Assembly: GCA_964016885.1 (NCBI GenBank)
Contig: OZ024740.1
Location: 206,770,001 to 206,834,000 of the forward strand
Reading direction: 5' to 3'
Length of the DNA: 64,000 nucleotides
Source of the DNA: Eledone cirrhosa
Taxonomy: Eukaryota
Below are positions 41,734 to 53,809 of the stretch, piece after piece; positions within the stretch are counted from its first letter, which is position 1, and the number at the start of each line of letters is the position of its first letter. The notes under the pieces were generated by a model. That model did not search any database, had not been told where the DNA came from, and saw nothing but the letters and a program-made list of their open reading frames with translations. The translations under genes and the position numbers were made by a program.

Positions 41734-42344
41734 CTCCTCCTCTCTGAGCAGGACTGTCTACATTGTGTATCACCCTCGCAAAAGAGAGTGTCCCCCTTTT
41801 CAGCGGCACCATTGTTGTTGCCGCTACTGCTGCTACTGGTCTTGTTTATGCTGTTGCTGTTGATACTGCTACAACCGGTGTTGTTGGTGTTGCTGCTGCT
41901 ACTGCTACTACTTGTTATTGTTACTGCTGCTACTTCCTTTGTTGCCGTTTTGCCAAATGCAGCTGCTTCTCGACCGCCACGTGATAAAGAGGTGACGATG
42001 AAGAAGACGAAAAGGAAAGCGAGACTCCACGCTGACAGTTTGGTGAAGAACGGTTTTGAGTGAAAACAAGGTAGAGAAAGAGATTTCTTGTGTGACTCCG
42101 TTTTTCTTTTTTTGGGTGTGTGGGGTGGGGGTGGGGGTGTGTGGGGTGTGTGCGTATTTGCCAAATGTAAAGTTCAAATTGGAATTTAGCCCCGAATAAT
42201 TTCGACCACCTCAAGAGAAGCGGGCTGTGTTTGAACACAAAACAATATAAATTTCTACAATAAGTTCGCAATAAAAACTGTTAAAAAATCACAAACTTAC
42301 GGGAGCAAAATTTCCTGCGACGTGTATACTTCCACAATAATAAT

Positions 42345-43288
42345 GCTTTCTTTATTAACCACAAGGGTTTACAAAAAGTAAGACATTAAGGATAGTACAG
42401 GACAATACAGGACGGTACAAAAGGGCATTTCTGCGTGTAAAAAAAAAACAACAGAGGATGTAACAAAAAAAAAAAGAACAATGAAAAATTCCCCAATAGG
42501 GGGGAGACTTCCGAGGGCCATCGTGGAGAAAGCCCATTAAAAAAGCCACGGTGATCCTGACCACCAAGGCAAGTGCCCTCTCCCAGTTTTCCACATTCAA
42601 TTTACAGGCACATACTCAGAGTAGACCCATTCACACGGGCCATTCTTGCCTCTCTCACCCATCTTTCAACAAAATGCTGGGAAGAGAGCACTTCCCTCTC
42701 TACCCTGATTTTCCTTTTCAAATGAAATTTGAAAAAGTTAATCATGGCATCACCGAAGAGGTAAGTGCTCGTCTTCAGCCCTTTCAGACGCGTCCACCAT
42801 ACTATCTCTTTCGCCATGGCCACCAGACAGATAAAAACTGCCTGCCCTTCCCGGCTAAAGGAAGAGGGCGGGGCAATCCTCACGATGGACTCAGCTGATA
42901 GCTGGTGTTCGACATAAACCCACAAGTCAGCAATGCTCGGACACTGGACCAGTGCATGCAGGACGGTTTCGTCACCCTGTGCGCATCTCGGACATGCCCG
43001 CTGACGGCACCTCCATGCCTGTAGAGTTTATCCCGAACCGGCAAAGCTCCTCGGTAGCACTGCCAGGCCAGGGATTTCTGGAAATTCTCCATAGGCCTCG
43101 GCCAGAAAGTTCTTCCGAAGAGATTGGCTAGTTGATTTTCGTCGACGCCTAGAGTTTCCCCAAGTACGTCGTCGCTCTTCCCCTCCACTAATCCTCTATA
43201 GAACGCCAAGTTGGAGTTTCCACCGATCACATTGTCCGACTGGTCGAGGTTTGTGAGCGCCCGAAGACATTCCAGTCTCCAAGCGCTC
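42345..43288 (-). mobile_element. 5'-truncated Tx1-A-related copy
   Basis: FQKSLAWQCYRGALPVRDKLYRHG..., 3' UTR ending TGTGGTTAATAAAGAAAGC then (ATT)n. (AAT)n on both sides. Confidence 0.92.
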
Positions 43289-43369
43289 AATAATAATAAT
43301 AATAATAATAATAAGAAGAAGAACAATAACAAGAATAAAAATATGGTATATATCATCTTTTTTTAATTT

Positions 43370-43375
43370 TTTATT
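43370..43375 (-). terminator. Candidate AATAAA polyadenylation signal of the cysteine-repeat gene
   Basis: Would lie ~65 nt after the stop codon if the Helitron-like insertion is removed. Confidence 0.45.
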
Positions 43376-43379
43376 AAAT

Positions 43380-44288
43380 ACTTGCTGTGGTACCCGGCGT
43401 TGCACGGGATAAGGTATTTTGGAACGTGAGCCGTCAACAGAACTAATCGTGGAAAAACTGCATGCCTGGACAATATGTAAAGAAAATAAACCGAATACTC
43501 TGATGGCTAGATAATTTTAAAGATTTTACTCGATGAAGGAGGAAAAATGCAGGTTTTCACCTAATGTGGGCCCTAGGGGATCAAGAAAATGATTTTTTTT
43601 ATGTGCATAATATGCCTTGAAATTTCGGGAAAAAGCCCTAAACAACTGAAAAAAAAATGAAGTTTTTCACCTAATGCGGGCCCTAGGCCATAAACAGTTG
43701 GATTTTCTTTGCTCACGGTATGAAGAAGAGACTGACTAATACATAGTTACAATTTCAAGGAAATCGGTCTGACGTAACGCCTCAAAAACCCCTAAAAACC
43801 TGAAAAAATGCAGTTTTTCACCTTATGCAGGCCTAGGGGATCGAAAGTTGAATTTTTTATGGGCATAACACTCCCTGAAACATAAGTAATACACATGTAA
43901 AGTTTGAAAAAAGTCGGTTGGGTACTTCTCGAGTTTTAGGGATTCAAACTCAAACACACACATATACACACACATAGACAGACATCCTCAGGGAAGTGAC
44001 GAAATGCAGACAGCCAGACATACAGACAGATATTATAAGGGCGCAACGTTATATGTATGTATCTATCTAAAAAGAGAAAGACTAAGAATTATAGAGAGAG
44101 ATCGCTAAATCGCCTAATGCGGTCCCTAGGACATTGAAAATTTGAAATTCTTTTTGCTCAGAACACTATCTGAAACATAAGTATTACATGTGTAAAGTTT
44201 GAAAAGAGTCGGTTGGGTGTTTCTTGAGTTTTAGGGATTCAAATTCACACACACACAGACAGACATCCTCAGTTTTATATATATAGAT
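43380..44288 (-). mobile_element. Non-autonomous Helitron/Helentron-like element with internal ~110-150-bp subrepeats
   Basis: Minus strand 5' ATCTATATATATAAAACTGAGGATGTCTGTCTG; 3' hairpin CCCGTGCAACGCCGGG then CAGCAAGT (degenerate CTAGT). Four tttcacctaatgcgggccctagg-like units. No TSD. Confidence 0.72.
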
Positions 44289-44346
44289 AATGTTGTTTGA
44301 AAATTTGCAAGTATTAAAATTATCAAAATATTTCTTCTGTTCTTCC

Positions 44347-44361
44347 TCAGTATCGCCGTAT
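44347..44361 (-). CDS. Putative last coding exon (IRRY-stop) of the secreted cysteine-repeat protein
   Basis: Acceptor tctgtttcattgtAG at 44363-44362. Phase 0 matches the donor at 44941. Confidence 0.55.
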   Translation of the reverse strand: MRRY

Positions 44362-44867
44362 CTACAATGAAACAGATTTACAAGGTATTAGGATATTTAT
44401 CAACTGTTATATTAAATGAATTATATACTGAATACATATGACGTGGAGCAAGTTCAGATTTATACACTATAACAGATTATATCTATATATATATTTTAAT
44501 GATAATTAATTCACCTGGCACAAGGGTTAAAAACTTTATTCAATCGGCATGAAATATATCCCGACACGTAAATCGATATGTATCTAATACTCTAGGTTAA
44601 TTATTTACTTTCATATTAATTAGTAATAGTATTCATATTTACAAAACACAGGATTTTAAAATTTAAAGATATTCGAGTAAAGAAAGGGAAATAATCCAAG
44701 TGTGAATTGAAACAGAGACGCTGACAGGATTTTGCTGGTTGCATGAAAACCGTAGATCGACGACAACCCAAGCCTTATGCTAAATATTAATCAGCTTTAA
44801 GTTATTCTTATTATTATACATAATAAAATCAGTGGAAAGCAAAATAGATTAAATTTATTACTTTTCA

Positions 44868-44897
44868 GATAATTGTTTCTACTTTTGGCACAAGGGC
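44868..44897 (-). mobile_element. 3' tail fragment of SINE S1 in intron 2
   Basis: CCCTTGTGCCAAAAGTAGAAACAATTAT. Confidence 0.6.
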
Positions 44898-44941
44898 CAC
44901 ATTTGACATAATAAAAAAAACTAATAAAACAAATTACTAAC

Positions 44942-47900
44942 CTTATCAGGACAGTCATAGTTGGTACACTTGATGTTCCCGTCTGTACACCGGCACACAT
45001 TGCATTTATCTTCAGACATAAATGTTTGGTCGGCTTCGAAAACTTTTCCTTTATGTTCACATTTCGATTTAGGACAGTACATTTTAGTACATCTTACTTG
45101 ACCAAACTGTCCACATGTACATGTATTGCAGTCCTTTTTAAACGATTCTCCGACAGAATAGGTTTGTCCGTTGAATACGCATGGTTTGGGGCATATTTTC
45201 TGTTCACATTGGACTCTTCCATCCTCATGGCACTGACATTTATTGCAATCATTGTAGAATATAGAACCAACATCATAACGTTTACCATTGTATGTACATT
45301 GACAAGGGTAATTTGTACATTGGACTTGTCCATTTTGTTGACAGGTACAGGTGTTACAGCCCTGTTTAAATGTAGTACCGATATTATAGACCTGGTTGTT
45401 GTATGTACATTTACAGACGTTACTGGTACATTGAACATCTCCATTTGACTGACAAACACATTGGTTGCATTCTTCATTAAATGTTTGACTAATTTGATAA
45501 ACCTGTCCTTTATATGTACATTGACAACGGTTATTTGAACATTGGACTTGTCCATTTTGTTGACAGGTACAGGTGTTGCAGTCCTCACTGAATTGTTGTC
45601 CGAAATTATAAACTCTATTGTTGTAGGTACAGGTACATGGGTTATTTGTACACTGTATACGACCATCTATTTGACATGTGCATGTATTGCAGTCCTTGCT
45701 AAATGTAGCACCAATGGGGTAAGATCTTCCATTTTCAAAACATTTACAAACCTTGTTAGAACACTGCACTGTACCACTAGATAAACATTCACATTGGTTA
45801 CATTCTTCATTAAATCTTTGACGAATTTGATAAACCTGTCCTTTATATGTACATTGACATGGGTTATTTGTACATTGGACCTGTCCATTTTGTTGACAAG
45901 TGCAGGTGTTGCAGTCCTCACTGAATTGTTGTCCGAAATTATAAACTTTATTGTTATAGGAACAAGTACATGGGTTACTTGTACACTGTATACGACCATC
46001 TATTTGACAGGTACAAGTGTTACAGCCCTGATTAAATGTAGCACCAATGGGGTAAGATATTCCATTTTCAAAACAATTACAAACCTTGTTTGAACACTGC
46101 ACTGTACCACTAGATAAACATTCACATTGGTTACAATCATCGTTAAATCTTTGACGAGTTTGATAAACCTGTCCTTTATATGTACATTGACACTGCTTAT
46201 TTGTACATTGGACTTGTCCATTTTGTTGACAGGTACAAGTGTTACAGTCCTGATTAAATGTAGCCCCGATATTATAGACCTGGTTGTTGTATGTACATTT
46301 ACAGACGTTACTGGTACATTGAACATCTCCATTTGACTGACAAGTACATTGTTTACATCCTTCATTAAATCTTTGATTAATTTGGTAAACCTGCCCTTTA
46401 TATGTACATTGACACGGCTTATTTGTACATTGAACCTGTCCATTTTGTTGACAGGTACAAGTGTTGCAGTCCTTGCTAAATGTAGCACCAATGGTGTAAG
46501 ATCTTCCATTTTCAAAACATTTACATGGCTTGTTAGAACATTGCATTGTACCACTAGATAAACATTCACATTGGTTACAATCATCGTTAAATCTTTGACG
46601 AATTTGATAAACCTGTCCTTTATATGTACATGGACATGGGTTATTTGTACATTGGACCTGTCCATTTTGTTGACAAGTGCATGTATCGCAGTCCTTTTGA
46701 AATGTAGCACCAATGGGGTAAGATCTGCCATTTTCAAAACATTTACATGGCTTGTTAGAACACTGCACTGTACCACTAGATAAACATTCACATTGGTTAC
46801 ATTCTTCATTAAATCTTTGACGAATTTGATAAACCTGTCCTTTATATGTACATTGACATGGGTTATTTGTACATTGGACCTGTCCATTTTGTTGACAAGT
46901 GCAGGTGTTGCAGTCCTCACTGAATCGTTGTCCCAAATTATAAACTTTATTGTTATAGGAACAGGTACATGGGTTACTTGTACACTGTATACGACCATCT
47001 ATTTGACATGTGCATGTATTGCAGTCCTTGTTAAATGTAGCACCAATGGGGTAAGATCTTCCATTTTCAAAACATTTACAAACCTTGTTTGAACACTGCA
47101 CTGTACCACTAGATAAACATTCACATTGGTTACAATCATCGTTAAATCTTTGACGAGTTTGATAAACCTGTCCTTTATATGTACATTGACACTGCTTATT
47201 TGTACATTGGACTTGTCTATTTTGTTGACAGGTACAAGTGTTACAGTCCTGATTAAATGAAGCCCCGATATTATAGACCTGGTTGTTGTATGTACATTTA
47301 CAAACCTTATTAGTACATTGAACATCTCCATTTGACTGACAAACACATTGGTTACAATCATCGTTAAATCTTTGACGAGTTTGATAAACCTGTCCTTTAT
47401 ATGTACATTGACACTGCTTATTTGTACATTGGACTTGTCCATTTTGTTGACAGGTACAAGTGTTACAGTCCTGATTAAATGAAGCCCCGATATTATAGAC
47501 CTGGTTGTTGTATGTACATTTACAAACCTTATTAGTACATTGAACATCTCCATTTGACTGACAAACACATTGGTTACATTCTTCATTAAATCTCTGATTA
47601 ATCTGATAAACCTGTCCTTTATATGTACATTGACACTGCTTATTTGTACATTGAACCTGTCCATTTTGTTGACAGGTACAGGTGTTGCAGTCCTTGCTAA
47701 ATGTAGCCCCGATATTATAGATCTGGTTGTTGTATGTACATTTACAGACGTTACTGGTACATTGAACAACTCCATTTGACTGACAAACACATTGGTTACA
47801 TTCTTCATTAAATCTCTGATTAATCTGATAAACCTGCCCTTTATATGTACATTGACACTGCTTATTTGTACATTGAACCTGTCCATTTTGTTGACAGGTA

Positions 47901-49089
47901 CAGGTGTTGCAGTCCTTGCTAAATGTAGCCCCGATATTATAGATCTGGTTGTTGTATGTACATTTACAGACGTTACTGGTACATTGAACATCTCCATTTG
48001 ACTGACAAACACATTGGTTACATTCTTCATTAAATCTCTGATTAATCTGATAAACCTGTCCTTTATATGTACATTGACACTGCTTATTTGTACATTGGAC
48101 TTGTCCATTTTGTTGACAGGTACAAGTGTTACAGTCCTGATTAAATGAAGCGCCGATATTATAGACCTGGTTGTTGTATGTACATTTACAGACGTTACTA
48201 GTACATTGAACATTTCCATTTGACTGACAAACACATTGGTTACATTCTTCATTAAATCTTTGACTAATTTGATAAACCTGTCCTTTATATGTACATTGAC
48301 AACGGTTATTTGAACATTGGACCTGTCCATTTTGTTGACAGGTACAGGTGTTGCAGTCCTTGCTAAATGTAGCACCAATGGGGTAAGATTTTCCATTTTC
48401 AAAACATTTACAGACCTTGTTAGAGCACTGCACTGTACCACTAGATAAACATTCACATTGGTTACATTCTTCATTAAATCTTTGACGAATTTGATAAACC
48501 TGTCCTTTATATGTACACTGACACGTATTCTTTGTACAATCTACTTGACCATTACCTCGACAATAGCAGGTATTGCAATCTTCTTCAATTTTCTCTCCTA
48601 CATTAAATATCTTTCCTCTGTAGTAACATTTACACATTTTATCAGTACATTTAACTGTTCCATCACTTAAACATTCACATGTATTGCATTCATCAGAGAA
48701 TGTTTGTCCGGTTTGATAGCGAATGTTCTTGTGATAACATTCACATCCTTGATTGCTACACTGCACTGTTCCGCTAATTTGACAAGTACAAGACTTACAT
48801 CCATCTTTGAAGGTCTGTCCATGGTTGTAGACATTACCTTTATATTGGCACTGGCATACATTATTTGTACATTCCATTTGACCATTGGCTTTACATACAC
48901 ATTTATTACATGATTGTTGAGATGTCTGTCCTACAGCGTAACGTTTACCTTGATACCTACATGTATGTCGCTGTCCATAGCCACAACTTTTGCTCGTACA
49001 CAGTGCTTGGCCCGTTTCAGTACACACACATGTATTGCAGTCGATTTTAAATGCTCCATTATATTGTTTACCATTATGGGTACATTCGT
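44942..49089 (-). CDS. Exon 2: 37 tandem six-Cys modules (pacifastin-like / half-VWC) of a secreted ~1407-aa protein
   Basis: 4148-bp uninterrupted frame. Module C-x16-CN-x-C-x-C-x3-G-x3-C-[TS]-x3-C. Acceptor ttttttacAG at 49091-49090 is in phase 1 with exon 1. Donor AAG|GTTAGT at 44942/44941. Confidence 0.92.
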
Positions 49090-49374
49090 CTGTAAAAAAT
49101 CATATGATCAATAATTATATTTATATCTAACACTGTAATATCAATATGGTATATATTCTATTGTACATAAGATATTAAGCTATTGATTTTAATTTCCTGT
49201 ATGTAGGGAGATACTTGCATTTAATAATACCATGTATATCTATATTCTATTATACGTAAGAAATTAAGATATCCACGAAAGATATGAATTTAGTGTGTCT
49301 AGCGGAATTTTAAAACTTAATGATACACACACACATATACATATATATATACATACATACATTCATACATACAT

Positions 49375-49922
49375 GACGATGGCTGCCCTCTCCTTATCGA
49401 GTATGGTCATTGCACGATATAACATTATTAATAATTATTAATTAATGCTACTGTGCAATGCCTGTGCGTGAAGATTCTTTTTAAAGTGAGGAAAGACTGA
49501 GCACTGAGCCCATCCGATTCTCTGAGCGACAGTAACTTTAACCCGAAAAGAAGCAAAGATCAACATCATCGGTAACTACCGAGCCGCATGTTTTATGTCG
49601 GAGTTATCCCAGTTTCCTCAGTTGCCTTCTCCTAGAAGAATGTCCTGATAAAGGCTATGGGTCCTTCACTCCCAGTGATTTAACCATGCGATCGGGTATC
49701 TAGCCCGATTATCTCCATGTCCCCCGCGCATTTGCATGTCCGTGTAACTCTTATGAGTTCTTCCGCCCTTTGTCAGGTTTTGTTTTTTGTCCAGCAGGGT
49801 GTCCCAAATCACCCTCTTCACCAAGTGAACTAGGTGGGGTTGTCGGTTTAGTCACCGACGACCTGACCATGTGACAAGCTGTACTGTGTTACATGTTACC
49901 AGTAGCACGCAAGAGTGACCTG
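49375..49922 (-). mobile_element. RTE-5'UTR-like short retroelement with (TATG)n tail, in intron 1
   Basis: Homologous to 13253-13862 (CAGGTCAC..GTGCTACTGGTAACATGTA..; TCTAGGAGAAGG; 3' ATACTCGA..GGCAGCCA). Confidence 0.72.
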
Positions 49923-50430
49923 TTATACATACATAAGTTCTCAGATAGATATTTTTAATCAAAAAATGAATTTTGTTTTCATTGACCATAATACGGTCTT
50001 CCACCAGAAAAACTACTAACACAATAATGACATCAATGTAAAATCATAGAAAACAAAACAGATAAACAAAAAATATATACAAAATTTTACTTGAGAATAT
50101 ATTGACATATTTACAATACTAATCAGACTTTTTTCTAAAGAAGAACAACACAAATATTTAGGCACATTAGTTAAAGAAGGATATCCAACGTTCAAGATCC
50201 TTTAATTTTCTGTGTCTTCGAGAATGGTGTGAAAAAAGAGAAAATTACCTCCCAACTAGAGATTTCTCTTGAATGTTTGCAGGAGAGTGAACTACGTTAA
50301 AGGTAAAAAACAACCAAAGCGGTAGTGTTAAGCTGGATTACGTATTAAGTCCATCACTGAAGACACTATAGAAGGCAAATAACCGTAAGAAATATCACAT
50401 CTCATCAGATGTTGTAACAAATCTATCTAT

Positions 50431-50537
50431 ACACCACACTAGATTATGGAAGACAAACTTTACCACAATGAGGTGTGTACTTTGAGTGGATACACCTCAC
50501 TAGATTATGGAAGACAAACTTTACCACAATGAGGTGT
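50431..50537. repeat. ~46-bp direct duplication, period 61 bp
   Basis: acacc(a/t)cactagattatggaagacaaactttaccacaatgaggtgtg occurs twice. Confidence 0.85.
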
Positions 50538-51055
50538 GAAACTTGAGTGGAAAGAGTCACGACAAATACCACAAAGTATTATGTCAGATGTTCTATCGAC
50601 CCTGTCAATTCACCATCCTAAAGAATTAGATGTAACTGATCACATATATAGATCGATAACTTCTCTATCAATCGCGATAGAGCTTACAAGACCTTACACT
50701 TTGTTTTTCAACAACTGTGAACAATGTGAAGATGTAAGCCGTACTGGTACCTTATACATCTGACCATATAAATAACATAAGATTTAAACATGAAACACTA
50801 GAGAGAAGTTTGGCATGTTGATCATTGGCTTCTCGTCTCCTTGGTGTCACAATACGGGATATTTTATATTACCTATGTATCTAGGTAGTGTAATGTGTCA
50901 TGTGATATTTTAGTGGACAGGTACGTCCTAATAAACTTCAACTCTCATAGAGTCACACTGGAGCTATGACACGTTTTGTGTACAATTGATAAATTCAACT
51001 AAACTAATTTAAAACATCAACAAATATACAATATATAGCAATATGAATTACTTAC

Positions 51056-51116
51056 AGTTGTTGTAGCTGTTTACGAATGAAAATGCTGCTAATACTAGCA
51101 GCAATTGGTACAACAT
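51056..51116 (-). CDS. Exon 1: signal peptide MLYQLLLVLAAFSFVNSYNN
   Basis: ACCACC-ATG Kozak context, hydrophobic core, donor T|GTAAGT. The spare T joins AC of exon 2 to give TAC in frame. Confidence 0.85.
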
Positions 51117-51216
51117 GGTGGTCAATTGGTTTATCTTATTTTCCTGTTGTAGAATGAAGATGGTTGTTATCTTCTTCGAAACAAGGACAGGTTTGACAAA
51201 TGTCTTAGAAGGACGG

Positions 51217-51224
51217 TTTTTATA
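51217..51224 (-). promoter_or_regulatory. TATA box (TATAAAAA) of the cysteine-repeat gene
   Basis: About 100 nt upstream of the ATG, with an Inr-like TCAAAC 28 nt downstream of the first T. Confidence 0.6.
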
Positions 51225-52009
51225 CCCTATAATAAACGTGATCACCGGCATAAATTAATTGATTGAATAATAAATTTATTTAGCTTAATTGTTTTCCCTA
51301 ATTCCATATTTTAAAATAGCAACTTTCCCAATATTAACCTAGTGAGAAATGGGTGGAGCACTTTTCTTGCAGTTATAACAATGATATGAGAAACGTTTCA
51401 CAAATTTAATCACATGTTTGATAATGTGTAAAGAAACAGTGAATTTATTAGTAAAGTATTTCTTTAAACCATCTTTGTTGATACTACATATGAAAATTAC
51501 TAGAAACAGGTCTTCATGAGAATAAATTGTAAATGATTCCCGGGATGAAATTTTCACGCTTAACGTTAAGAGGAAAAGGTATTTTTTAAGCACGTTTTTT
51601 TTCCATGTGTAAATCAGACATTTTTGTGGTTAAAAATATTATTTTTGTCTGCCTCTATTGTTTTACTAAAACGACAAATTCACACCAACCTAAACTTAGC
51701 CTAATCTCGTTTCCTGATCCACAAATCTTGCATAGCTTCTCTATTATCTACACTATTTCTATCTAATATTCCAGCTGTACTTACTATACCAACGTTAGCC
51801 AATATGTTGACTTTATATACAATGTATTCGTGATAGAAAAACATGAGGGGTGTTTATTTTCAGTTGAAGATATACAATTTGAAGTAATTCAGGTATAAAT
51901 ATAATCTCGTCTGTTTCTCTGTGTATAGTGACTGTATAGTAATGTAATAAACTCTGTATATGAGATAAAACGTATGTATATTTTCTAGCATTGTTATAAA
52001 TATTATACA

Positions 52010-52290
52010 TAATACTGTAATATAGAATGTATGTTGACACTATAGTACTGTAATATAGCATGTATGTTGACTATATAGTACTGTAATATAGAATGTATGT
52101 TGACACTATAATATTGTAATAGAGAATGTATGTAGACTATATAGTATTGTAATATAGAATGTATGTTTTCTATATAGTACTGTAATATAGAATGTATGTT
52201 GACTATATAGTACAGTAATATAGAATGTATGTTGACTATATAGTACAGTAATATAGAATGTATGTTGACACTATAGTGTTAACATACATT
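52010..52290. repeat. ~31-33-bp minisatellite, about 8 copies (tatagaatgtatgttgacactatagtactgtaa)
   Basis: Seen directly. Ends in a palindromic fold-back. Confidence 0.9.
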
Positions 52291-53334
52291 TTGACACACG
52301 GAAATAATAGAACCGTTCTACAACACAGAAAACACAGAAAACAAAACAAAAAAGACAACAGCAAAATAAAACAGACACAAAAACAAGCAAACCAAAAGGA
52401 ACGCCGTGGATGTAAACTCCCAATTGTTTAGGAGAGTTAATTTTAGAAATAATATTTGCTTCTCCTTTTCAAATCAATTTGACAATTTTTGGCTGCTTGA
52501 GGAATTCCCTTTTTCTTCACTGAGTTTTTTAATTGAATTTACTATTTTAAAATATTACACACACTTGCACCCGTTTCATATGATTCATGTATTTCACAAA
52601 AATACACATAAATTTCTTGCTGTAAAGTGTGTATTAGATGAAATAGTATCACCATTGTTCAAATGTGGACATGTAGGCTTGAAATCCAAGTTCACTTGGT
52701 AATGTAATTGCTCCTCACGGGCCGCAGCTTTAGAAAGAAGTACGTAATTAGTTGAGAACCTTTTCAAATATTCAGACCGATTTGAACATATGACAATCGT
52801 AGAATTACTAGGTCTTCTTACACTCAGTAAAGTTTTTCAACCGTTCTATGCCTCTAATCCAAGCAATAAAACCACATACACCAACAATCCTATGATTTAT
52901 TATTTCGTTACTTTTCTTATCGATTGCTGTTATTTTTCCATTGACCTCTACCAGGAACTACCGTAACGAAATTTAAAACGGGCATTTTGTCGCTTTCCCC
53001 CAAATCCCCACCAAGTAAGTAAATCCAGCATAAGATTTTTATTGACTATAAAGCAAAGCCAACTGTTTTTGAGTTCTCTCTATAACACGCGATAGTCTCA
53101 TAATCACGATTGCTCTATTTTTTCACACTTTACTGCTACAATTTCAGGTATTTTCTATATTGTGTATAACATATCATTGCCACAGGAATATTCCTCCGTA
53201 TAGGAAACCAACGGGCGTGTAGTTGTTATCTGATGAGAAGACACAAATCTGAAATGTAGGCATATGATTTTCTATAAGTCTTCTAATCCGAGAACGGCAA
53301 TTACTTAATGTTACCTTTGTATATTTATATGTAT

Positions 53335-53404
<70 letters not shown>

Positions 53405-53439
53405 AGAAATTAAAAGATGGTTAAAAAAGTTCCATATAT

Positions 53440-53498
53440 TTTATTGTGCGCATTTCGAAAACAACATCATCCTGGGACAATAATCGTGTTCTCATCAG
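53440..53498 (-). ncRNA. Degenerate hammerhead core followed by AATAAA (PLE pseudo-LTR remnant)
   Basis: CTGATGA-GAACACGATTAT..ATGATGTTGTTTTC-GAAA-TGCGCA-C-AATAAA. The U16.1 position appears mutated. Confidence 0.5.
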
Positions 53499-53730
53499 AT
53501 AAAATAAGATAACATGATATGAGGCCTAAAGACTCATGTCAACAGGAAAGTGCAAAGTCTACATATGCACTTTCCTACATATGCACTTAACCATCTTTTA
53601 ATTTCTTCTTTAATATATACTCCAGTTCTACCAACTGTTGAGTGCTACTTATCTGAATTATGTATAGTTTTATTGTTCTACAATATTACTCACCTTCTAC
53701 ACACACGTATATATATGTATATGTATATAC

Positions 53731-53785
<55 letters not shown>

Positions 53786-53809
53786 CATAAATATATATAT
53801 ATATTTTTA

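Larger units (their letters stand above)
36627..42335 (-). mobile_element. Full-length Tx1-like element family A (5' UTR, ORF1, ORF2, 3' UTR), degenerate
   Basis: ORF1 from ~41733 with a decayed CCHC knuckle (~41125-41175). ORF2 ATG at 40197 (MGVLRIGSINVGGL, AISET), RT with AYADD, zf-RVT. (AAT)n at both ends. Confidence 0.93.

Noticed and set aside
45026-48913. Alternative-frame and antisense ORFs over the cysteine-repeat exon
   Set aside because: Shadows of the 111-bp coding repeat.
52010-52290. CRISPR-like array
   Set aside because: Contiguous tandem units without unique spacers, eukaryotic context, no cas genes.
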